IMG/VR virus record: IMGVR_UViG_3300007345_000003
Length of the DNA stretch: 64,000 nt
DNA from: an uncultured virus (IMG/VR IMGVR_UViG_3300007345_000003)
Taxonomy: Duplodnaviria > Heunggongvirae > Uroviricota > Caudoviricetes > Crassvirales
Reading direction: 5' to 3' (one strand)
Shown here one piece after another: positions 49,044 to 55,864 of this stretch. Numbering within the stretch: the stretch's first letter is position 1; the number at the start of each line of letters is the position of its first letter. A program made the position numbers and the translations under genes. The notes under the pieces are model-generated. The model ran no database searches. It saw only the letters and a list, made by a program, of their open reading frames with translations, and was not told the origin of the DNA.

Positions 49044-49456
49044 AGTATATCTGCAAACTTCTCGCTGACTTTGAAGCTGGGGCATGTTTTGTCTGAGAAC
49101 TCATTGTGCCCGTGCAGCGTCAACTCTCTATCCCATACCATGCGTAGTGAGAACACCAGTTCCCTGAATGCTTCTTCTTGGCATTCGAACATTGTGTCCT
49201 TGGGGTTCATCTCAGCATCCATCCCACCGATGTAGCAGATCCCTATGGAGTCGTCATTGTGGCCTTTGGTGTGTGCACCTTTTGTATCTAGAGGTCTCCC
49301 ACTTTCTATCTCCCCGTTTAGCTTGATGACGTAGTGGTACCCGATATCCGCCCAGCCGTTTCCGTTTACGTGCCAGTCTCTTATTGTTGCTGCGTCTATG
49401 TCTCTCCCTTCTGGAGTGGCGGAGCAGTGCAGTATAATTCGGTTAATCTCTCTCAT
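49040..49456 (-). CDS. Endolysin, N-acetylmuramoyl-L-alanine amidase (T7 lysozyme-like)
   Basis: IILHCSAT, W.DIGYH.VI..GR....GAH..G.N..SIGICYIGG, GH.E...K.CPSF; probable start MREIN at 49456. Confidence 0.92.
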   Translation of the reverse strand: MREINRIILHCSATPEGRDIDAATIRDWHVNGNGWADIGYHYVIKLNGEIESGRPLDTKGAHTKGHNDDSIGICYIGGMDAEMNPKDTMFECQEEAFRELVFSLRMVWDRELTLHGHNEFSDKTCPSFKVSEKFADIL

Positions 49457-49693
49457 GACTAGATACAATTTACCCCCTTGGGTTTTCGTGTTTAGCAGTT
49501 GGACTTCCACTCGCCGTCTTTAGCCTACGTGGGGGCATTTCTGTCAGCCTATAGCCTTGTTCCCACCCGAGTTTTATACCAACGCACTTTTTGAAACTAC
49601 CGGGGACAACGTTCACTGCCTATGGTGACAGCTAATGTAACCCGATGTCTAGGCCCCTTTTTGGTTACCGAGGGCCGGTCGCAAAGCGGTTTC
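49457..49693 (-). ncRNA. Unidentified structured RNA (about 240 nt) or structured 5' leader of the endolysin
   Basis: No credible ORF; own TACCTTTG promoter; many complementary segments (see findings). Confidence 0.55.
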
Positions 49694-49697
49694 GTTA

Positions 49698-49705
49698 CAA
49701 AGGTA
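49698..49705 (-). promoter_or_regulatory. Bacteroidota -7 element (TACCTTTG) in front of the structured element
   Basis: Exact TAnnTTTG match directly after the stop of the 102-aa gene. Confidence 0.65.
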
Positions 49706-49706
49706 A

Positions 49707-50015
49707 TTAATTGCAGTCTTTCTGCCGCAACTCATCCACAAGTATTTGCAGTTGTTCTACATCACGCTCTAAGTGATTGAGTCTGAGGTTCTGCTCAGCA
49801 TCATCAGGTAAGCTGCCCATCTCCCCTCTTGGCCACTTGATTCTGAACTCTGAGTTGAGTTCGATCTCTTGATTGTGACGCATAGTTTCTATCTCAAGCT
49901 GAGACAGTGCAGACATGATGGTGAAGTAAATCCATACAGCCCCACCAACACCTACAACGATTTGGATCAACCACTTAATGTTAATCCCGAAGTTTGTGGT
50001 GTCGTCAAGTTTCAC
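49707..50015 (-). CDS. Single-TM membrane protein with coiled coil (lysis-cassette candidate)
   Basis: TM segment WLIQIVVGVGGAVWIYF, then WPRGEMGSLPDDAEQ and a heptad region. Confidence 0.65.
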   Translation of the reverse strand: MKLDDTTNFGINIKWLIQIVVGVGGAVWIYFTIMSALSQLEIETMRHNQEIELNSEFRIKWPRGEMGSLPDDAEQNLRLNHLERDVEQLQILVDELRQKDCN

Positions 50016-50221
50016 TCCATCTTGTTTTTAGCGAGGAGTATCTTGATCTCTTGGATGTCTTTAAGGAGCTGCTTAACGTCGTCCTTAAACTCTTTGTTGT
50101 CTGCCTCCAGGGCGTAGACCCGAGATGATAGTTTGTTGTAGTCAGCTTGGAACTTTATCCAACCCCCGATTAACGATCCTGCTACAACTAAAAACTCAAA
50201 GTGAGATAGGTATTCTTCCAT
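50012..50221 (-). CDS. Small single-TM coiled-coil protein, holin-like (69 aa, probable start MEEYL)
   Basis: FLVVAGSLIGGWI TM followed by RV.ALE...IQEIKILL; the longer track ORF overlaps a better upstream ORF. Confidence 0.6.
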   Translation of the reverse strand: MEEYLSHFEFLVVAGSLIGGWIKFQADYNKLSSRVYALEADNKEFKDDVKQLLKDIQEIKILLAKNKME

Positions 50222-50234
50222 AGTGATAGGTGTG

Positions 50235-50369
50235 TCACCTACCCTGGCCGCGATATGCTTTCTTATAGTTCTTAGACTTCTTATGGACTGAAGTCTTGGT
50301 CTTAGCATGTACCCCAGGACGGGAGACAGTTTTACGAATGTAAATGTCGAATGCTGTTTGTTTTGCCAT
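50235..50369 (-). CDS. Small basic protein (44 aa), below the ORF-track cutoff
   Basis: MAKQTAFDIYIRKTVSRPGVHAKTKTSVHKKSKNYKKAYRGQGR; ATG lies 4 nt after a TAACTTTG promoter; first gene of the late arm. Confidence 0.75.
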   Translation of the reverse strand: MAKQTAFDIYIRKTVSRPGVHAKTKTSVHKKSKNYKKAYRGQGR

Positions 50370-50373
50370 GTGG

Positions 50374-50381
50374 CAAAGTTA
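50374..50381 (-). promoter_or_regulatory. Bacteroidota -7 element (TAACTTTG), first promoter of the late arm
   Basis: Minus strand TAACTTTG-CCAC-ATG. Confidence 0.7.
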
Positions 50382-50513
50382 AGTCAAAAAAATTATGTGG
50401 CAAAAAAAATTTTTGTGAGAGCGTGAACCTACACATTCAAAGACCCCAGCTATGTTGCGGGCTTCGACAGCCCCCGGTAGTACATTGTGTCACCCCTAAT
50501 TTAACAAGTCGCC

Positions 50514-50732
50514 ATGGCGAAATTCACTAAGAGCAACACGCAAGTAATGCGTGACCTGGACAATACCAAGAAGCTGGTCATTGTCATCGATGGGCAGGAG
50601 CCCATGTCCTTTTACGCGGACGAGGACGTCCTTGCCGCAGATTCGAACTGGCGTTCGCGTCTGCTCATACAGGAGGGAGACTATGGTCCCTTCGCTAAAC
50701 TCGAACGTCGTTTGGAGTTGCTAGACCTTTGA
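50514..50732 (+). CDS. Hypothetical early protein (72 aa)
   Basis: First plus-strand ORF after the strand switch. Confidence 0.6.
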   Translation: MAKFTKSNTQVMRDLDNTKKLVIVIDGQEPMSFYADEDVLAADSNWRSRLLIQEGDYGPFAKLERRLELLDL

Positions 50733-50855
50733 GTCTAGTTGCGCCAACCATCAGAGGTACAAGTTAGTGTGTGTGTACGACTACCAGGTCGTATGCACCA
50801 CTATCTGACCTATTTACTAACCATGCCAACCAGGGCATATACAAATCTATAGCAT

Positions 50856-51041
50856 ATGTTTGCTATCCTCCTCATCTCTATGGCATTCAACATTGTACTT
50901 GTTGGTACCATCTACTACCTTCTGGCTACCGATCAGTCAGACCTATTAATCATGAAGCTTCAGTCTCGCATCAATGAGCTGGAGTACGAACTGTCTAGTG
51001 CACGCACTGATGTGTACTTGGACGAAATCATTTCAGAATGA
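50856..51041 (+). CDS. Small membrane-anchored coiled-coil protein (61 aa)
   Basis: Hydrophobic N-terminus and heptads; stop overlaps the next ATG. Confidence 0.55.
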   Translation: MFAILLISMAFNIVLVGTIYYLLATDQSDLLIMKLQSRINELEYELSSARTDVYLDEIISE

Positions 51042-51259
51042 GCTCGAAGAAAGACTTACCACCTATTCCACAACCAGGGAATGTTAAGCTCAACCCTGTT
51101 GTCCATCGCTACAAGCAATGGAAATTGGATGGACCTCAATTACGAGAGGCTGCTAGACTAGAGCGTCAACGTCTGCAGCTTCTTGTTGTTAATCATCAAA
51201 AGCAAATAAAACAACTGACGCAAATCATTGAAGATCATGAAAACAACTCTGATCAGTAA
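51038..51259 (+). CDS. Hypothetical protein (73 aa)
   Basis: Coupled ORF with coiled-coil C-terminus. Confidence 0.5.
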   Translation: MSSKKDLPPIPQPGNVKLNPVVHRYKQWKLDGPQLREAARLERQRLQLLVVNHQKQIKQLTQIIEDHENNSDQ

Positions 51260-51395
51260 GGCATTAGCCTTCACGCTCATCATGTTTGGGATAGCTATAC
51301 TGGCTACCTCATGCAGTACGACAGCACATTACTCAACTGGGTACCACGGAAATGTGTACCACAAACAGTATAGCTCATGCGCTGCGTACAACTAA
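51237..51395 (+). CDS. Small predicted lipoprotein (52 aa), below the ORF-track cutoff
   Basis: MKTTLISKALAFTLIMFGIAILATS-C-STTAHYSTGYHGNVYHKQYSSCAAYN: basic N-region, hydrophobic h-region and lipobox ATSC. Confidence 0.65.
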   Translation: MKTTLISKALAFTLIMFGIAILATSCSTTAHYSTGYHGNVYHKQYSSCAAYN

Positions 51396-51739
51396 TCATC
51401 GTAATGCTTGTCTCATCCTCAGCGATGGGGCAAGCTTTCCAATGCGGTATGTTCGGTATGATCCAAGACGACTACGGAACACAATTCATTGGGAGGTTTG
51501 ACGACACTATGGACTTTGTGCTGCTTGAATCAGCATCGTCCTGTGAAGTCATGGAAGTACCCATCGCAGTATGGGATGTCGTACCAAGGAAGAGATACAC
51601 CAAAGTATTCCTCGACCTTGAGCATCCTGACTTTGACGATGCGGCATATCTGATACGATATCCCACCGGTGCGTGGAATATTGTAAAGGAAAGATCGTAC
51701 AAACAGAAATCGATGTCGTTCTTTCTAGGTGATAACTAA
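51377..51739 (+). CDS. Predicted secreted/periplasmic protein (120 aa)
   Basis: Signal peptide MRCVQLIIVMLVSSSAMG followed by Q, a residue common at +1 of Bacteroidota secreted proteins. Confidence 0.55.
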   Translation: MRCVQLIIVMLVSSSAMGQAFQCGMFGMIQDDYGTQFIGRFDDTMDFVLLESASSCEVMEVPIAVWDVVPRKRYTKVFLDLEHPDFDDAAYLIRYPTGAWNIVKERSYKQKSMSFFLGDN

Positions 51740-51741
51740 AT

Positions 51742-51942
51742 CCTTGGGTCTTAGACTATACAAGGTGGGGTAAACGACTCACCCTTAACACGAGTCGTCA
51801 CTGGGCCGTCATGTCCTATATACATGTCAGGGAAGAGCAGCATATTACAGGGCTGACGTCAGATGTAGACGTGTAGATAGGATACTACCTCTTCCCTTTA
51901 TTTGAAATCAATGGCGTAAGGTGACGGCCATCAACAGTCACC
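51742..51942 (+). ncRNA. Unidentified structured element with a perfect four-way junction
   Basis: Non-coding gap with nested perfect helices (see findings); strand inferred from neighbouring genes. Confidence 0.55.
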
Positions 51943-51973
51943 AACATTAAAATCATGTTAATCTCATAAAACC

Positions 51974-52561
51974 ATGAGTAACATTCTTAACAGCGGTTCA
52001 CTGGACACCCTCAAGTCCGGTCAGTGTTTGTTGGTTGGATCACGTCGCGTAAGCAACGGTAAAGTCCAGCTCGAGTTCGCCGAAGTACTTGAAGGTACTT
52101 CTCAGTCTAACAACAATGCGTTGGCTGCATTCAATGCATCTGATGACCGATTCTCTGCCACTAAGGCACGTCGGGCATGGATGACAGCGGAGCCTGTCGA
52201 TGCATCTGCTTTGTTGGGTGTGGACTTGACTGGTGGATACACCACAAACGAAATGGGACAGGAGATCAAGTCCCTCAATGTCATCAACCCTGAAGCCCTT
52301 GGCAAGGCTCTTCGTGTGCAAATCACGGAGACTGTTGAGCCAACCGAGTGGCAGATGGAGAACCTTGAGACAGCTGCAAAGCGTCGTGGCAAGGACGGTG
52401 ACTACATTACCCACAAGGGTATGTACATCTTCGCTAACACCAACGTGGTGTTCGGAGAACCAAAGCACACTTTCTTGGAAGCTGATGCACCTGCAAACGC
52501 AGGTGGTGGCATCATTGCTTCTCAAAGTGTGAACGTTGCTACTGGAGAAATCCTGTCGTAA
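51974..52561 (+). CDS. Hypothetical protein (195 aa), possibly ssDNA-binding
   Basis: A-rich leader, followed by a terminator; beta-rich with a flexible C-terminal tail; the SSB role is inference only. Confidence 0.6.
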   Translation: MSNILNSGSLDTLKSGQCLLVGSRRVSNGKVQLEFAEVLEGTSQSNNNALAAFNASDDRFSATKARRAWMTAEPVDASALLGVDLTGGYTTNEMGQEIKSLNVINPEALGKALRVQITETVEPTEWQMENLETAAKRRGKDGDYITHKGMYIFANTNVVFGEPKHTFLEADAPANAGGGIIASQSVNVATGEILS

Positions 52562-52568
52562 CACAACG

Positions 52569-52597
52569 GGGGTGAGTGTAACAGCTCACCCCTTTCT
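52569..52597 (+). terminator. Rho-independent terminator
   Basis: GGGGTGAG-tgtaacag-CTCACCCC-TTTCT. Confidence 0.65.
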
Positions 52598-52692
52598 ATC
52601 TCAGGTTTGGGTAACAGTGCTTCCGCAAAGGCTGTCATAGGGGTATGACACAGTACATATGGGCACTGAGGGTTCGACTCCCTCCTGAGATA
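52598..52692 (+). ncRNA. tRNA-like element (acceptor stem and T-arm, non-canonical core)
   Basis: ATCTCAG/CTGAGAT 7-bp stem, GAGGG-TTCGACT-CCCTC T-arm and discriminator A; no canonical D or anticodon arm. Confidence 0.6.
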
Positions 52693-52725
52693 CAATTATT
52701 ATTCAAACCAAAACAACAAATTACG

Positions 52726-52932
52726 ATGGGTAAAATGAAAGAGATTGCCATGATCATACAGGAGGGGGAGACTGAAACTCTCGAACTCATGCGTGACATG
52801 GCTAAGAAACACGGTCGGTCTGGGGTATTCTTCCGAGGTCGCAATCTTACCTTTGAAGAAGCAGACAACATGTTAAACCTTATCTACCATGAGCAGAATA
52901 AGATTCGTGGGGACCAACAGTCCTCTCAATGA
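52726..52932 (+). CDS. Hypothetical protein (68 aa, probable start MGKMKE)
   Basis: ATG after an A/C-rich leader; the longer track ORF would overlap the tRNA-like element. Confidence 0.55.
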   Translation: MGKMKEIAMIIQEGETETLELMRDMAKKHGRSGVFFRGRNLTFEEADNMLNLIYHEQNKIRGDQQSSQ

Positions 52933-54742
52933 TATCCAGACGGCGACGATTCAGGAATGCAAGACGTATTGTGAGGGCAAGACAGTTCTGGGTGTGGACA
53001 CTGAGACTGAAGGCTTTGACTTCACGTGTAAGAAGCTCATCATGTTCCAAATTGGGGACAAGGAGAGGCAATACGTCATCGATACCAGAGTCGTCGACAT
53101 CTCACCACTCAGAGACATACTCGAGTCAGACAAAATCATCAAGGTTTTGCACAACGCTAAGTTCGATTACAAGTTCATCAAGATGTGGGCTGGAATATCG
53201 ATGGAAGAAATGTACGATACGTTTCTTATGGAGAGAGTTATCAATTGTGGTAAGCAAGACCATGGATACTCTCTTGCCAGGTGCGTCGAAAGATATCTCG
53301 GTAAAACTCTCGATAAGGAAACGCGTAACAAGTTCATTGGGCTCCAAGGTCAACCTTACACCGTTGATCAGATTACGTATGGGGCGAACGATGTGGTTTA
53401 TCTGCTTGACATACGGGAAAAACAACTTGGACTACTTCATACGTATGAACTACAACAAGTCGCCCGTCTTGAGAATAAGGTAGTCAAGGTCTTTAGCGAG
53501 ATCGAGTACGAGGGTCTGATAATTGACAAGGACAAGTGGACAGCTATGGCAGAGGACAATGTCAAGCTGGCATACGAACAGGAGCTGAAGCTTGATAAAA
53601 TGGTGTTGGCACATCCTATGCTAAAGCATTACCGCTTACCTGTGCAAGCTGAATTGTTTGCACCTATGGATGACATACGACAAACCCACATTAAGTGGAG
53701 CTCCCCTTCGCAAACCCTTGAGCTATTTCAAAACCTAATACCTGGACTTGAAGATGTTAACGGTAAGAAACTCAACAAGTACAGATACAAAATACCACTG
53801 ATAGATGAATACATTAGATACAAAGAGCGGACAAAGCTCGCCAATGCGTACGGTACTAAGTTCTTCAATTACGTCAACTGTGACGGAAAGGTGCATACAA
53901 ATTTCTCTCAAATATTGGATACAGGACGAGTTTCTTCCTCTAAACCAAACATGCAGCAGATTCCAAGCGATAACACCTTTAGAAATTGTTTCACCGCACC
54001 CGAAGGCTGGGTCTTCGTCTCAAGCGATTATTCTTCACAGGAACTAAATGTCATTGCTTATGGGAGTCAAGACCCTGTGTGGCTGGACGCCCTTGAAAAA
54101 GGACTGGATCTTCATGGAGTATGCGCCGACCTTGTCTTCGAAGATAAGTGGAGGAACGCGGATGCTGATGAGAAGAAGAAGCTACGCACACAGATTAAGG
54201 CGATTAATTTCGGACTCGCCTACGGAATGGGACCGTTCAAACTGGCAGATACTCTACAGATATCTAAAGCAGAAGCGGAGGATCTTATAGAGAAATACTT
54301 TACAGAGTTCCCTAACATCAAAGATTTTCTACAGAAACTTGGTACATTTGGTACCAGGCACGGCTATATCCAGACGTTCAGGCCGTTCAAACGACGTCGC
54401 TGGTTCGACACATGGTTCCCCAAGATATGGGATGACCGGTCGAAGATGCAGGAGTTTGGGAGCATTGAGCGTGCTAGTAAGAACACCCCAATTCAGGGCT
54501 CGTCAGCTGATATGACTAAGCTCGCACTCATTTACATTCACAGAGAAATACAAGAATCATGGAGTAACAACGTAAAGATTGTCATGACGGTCCACGACCA
54601 GATTGATACGATATGCAAAGAAGAAGTTGCCGATGCATGGGCAGTCAAGATGACTGAGCTCATGGAGAAGGCAGCAAAGATCATTATACCTAACGGTCTA
54701 TTGAAAGCAGATACTAACATCTCACAGACGTGGGAGAAATAA
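52889..54742 (+). CDS. polA: DNA polymerase family A with 3'-5' exonuclease domain
   Basis: Exo motifs DTET, HNAKFD, YG.ND; TGR.SS..PN.QQIP; motif A DYSSQE; motif B R...KAINFG.AYG; NTPIQG..AD; motif C VHDQI. Confidence 0.92.
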   Translation: MSRIRFVGTNSPLNDIQTATIQECKTYCEGKTVLGVDTETEGFDFTCKKLIMFQIGDKERQYVIDTRVVDISPLRDILESDKIIKVLHNAKFDYKFIKMWAGISMEEMYDTFLMERVINCGKQDHGYSLARCVERYLGKTLDKETRNKFIGLQGQPYTVDQITYGANDVVYLLDIREKQLGLLHTYELQQVARLENKVVKVFSEIEYEGLIIDKDKWTAMAEDNVKLAYEQELKLDKMVLAHPMLKHYRLPVQAELFAPMDDIRQTHIKWSSPSQTLELFQNLIPGLEDVNGKKLNKYRYKIPLIDEYIRYKERTKLANAYGTKFFNYVNCDGKVHTNFSQILDTGRVSSSKPNMQQIPSDNTFRNCFTAPEGWVFVSSDYSSQELNVIAYGSQDPVWLDALEKGLDLHGVCADLVFEDKWRNADADEKKKLRTQIKAINFGLAYGMGPFKLADTLQISKAEAEDLIEKYFTEFPNIKDFLQKLGTFGTRHGYIQTFRPFKRRRWFDTWFPKIWDDRSKMQEFGSIERASKNTPIQGSSADMTKLALIYIHREIQESWSNNVKIVMTVHDQIDTICKEEVADAWAVKMTELMEKAAKIIIPNGLLKADTNISQTWEK

Positions 54743-54750
54743 CAAATCAA

Positions 54751-55005
54751 ATGCAACCAGTAAATACCAAGAGCTTGTTTCACAAGCTCACAACTACCCT
54801 AGATCAACTCGATAGAGATGAGATAGATGTGTACAAAGCAGCAGCTACGGCTAAGCTTGTACAACAATGCGGAAACTTGCTCAACTATGAGCTCAAGCGT
54901 GCAGCACTCATGACTAAACCTGAGTTCAAAGCTGAGCATCGTAACCTTGAGAGCAAGAACTTCGATAGCATTGATCAGGAGAAGCCTAAGAAACTATCGT
55001 CATGA
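54751..55005 (+). CDS. Hypothetical protein (about 84 aa, probable start MQPVN)
   Basis: ATG after an A-rich leader; helical; stop overlaps the next start. Confidence 0.55.
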   Translation: MQPVNTKSLFHKLTTTLDQLDRDEIDVYKAAATAKLVQQCGNLLNYELKRAALMTKPEFKAEHRNLESKNFDSIDQEKPKKLSS

Positions 55006-55589
55006 TCAAGCTAAGTGCAGCCAAACAGCCACAGTTTAGGAACTTCTTTAAGTCCACTAACCATCTCGAGGTTATGATATCTATGGGCATCCCACCTGAG
55101 ATGATAGAAGACATACAACGTGACGAGTTTCACGGAAAGCTCACTGCGTTTATGGAGAACTATGGTATCCCTGAAGAGGAGAGATCCATGGTAGTAGACT
55201 TCTATAACAAAGTGTATGCTAACTTCAGAGCTCAACAGCCTAACGGTGGTCAGATTAACAGAAGAGACCCTGAGCTTTGGGAGCTACGCAAGAGCTTCCT
55301 TAAAAAGTGTGGGGTTGGGGTGAATACACGACGTAAGTCCTACAACATACCAAAGGTTGTGTGGTACATGAGAGACCATTGCAATTTCTCTTGGTGGGAT
55401 TTCAACATGGAAGACTTGGATGACGAACCTCTAGCTTACCTTGTAACCAATGCAGCACTACATGTTGCGAACGAGAAAGCCAGTGAAAGAACATTCGACT
55501 ACATGTGGGATGAAATGGAGGACAGCACACTGTACGATATCTACAAGCGAGTAAAAGAATTTGAAAAATCAAATGTTGCACTGGCATGA
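55002..55589 (+). CDS. Hypothetical protein (195 aa)
   Basis: Coupled ORF in the operon. Confidence 0.6.
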   Translation: MIKLSAAKQPQFRNFFKSTNHLEVMISMGIPPEMIEDIQRDEFHGKLTAFMENYGIPEEERSMVVDFYNKVYANFRAQQPNGGQINRRDPELWELRKSFLKKCGVGVNTRRKSYNIPKVVWYMRDHCNFSWWDFNMEDLDDEPLAYLVTNAALHVANEKASERTFDYMWDEMEDSTLYDIYKRVKEFEKSNVALA

Positions 55590-55864
55590 GTAAAGATGTA
55601 CAAGTGGGGGACAAGGTGATACGTGAGCTTGAGGTCAAGCTGTTCGTTGTATCTATGCTCTTACAAGAGTTGCTTGATGAAACCAAGGGCAATACTCGGT
55701 ACAAGCATCAGATGAAGTTTCACATCAATAGACTACAAGCGGAGCTTGATAGACTACTCAGTGTGAAGATGGATGACAATACGCTCAGCATGTTCATCAC
55801 AGATGCCATGTCTGCATTGGAGGACTCTATAGATAAGAATATATGTACGACGGAAGAAAACTAA
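55586..55864 (+). CDS. Hypothetical protein (92 aa)
   Basis: Coupled ORF; helical. Confidence 0.55.
   Translation: MSKDVQVGDKVIRELEVKLFVVSMLLQELLDETKGNTRYKHQMKFHINRLQAELDRLLSVKMDDNTLSMFITDAMSALEDSIDKNICTTEEN

Noticed and set aside
49457..49510. 18-codon upstream extension of the amidase (GTG start in the ORF track)
   Set aside because: The extension lies within the structured element, and the amidase domain begins naturally at MREINRIILH
49490..49545. GAGUGGAAGUCC and ACAGAA segments resembling RNase P or group I intron cores
   Set aside because: The partner elements are missing or in the wrong order and the element does not interrupt a gene, so it is kept as an unidentified structured RNA
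51850..51910. Possible hammerhead ribozyme (CUGA...GAAA)
   Set aside because: The core reads CUGACGU rather than CUGANGA, and GAAA is not positioned at the junction
36885..54742. Self-splicing introns or inteins in MCP, portal, TerL or PolA
   Set aside because: All are continuous ORFs of expected size, with no intein termini or homing endonuclease ORFs evident
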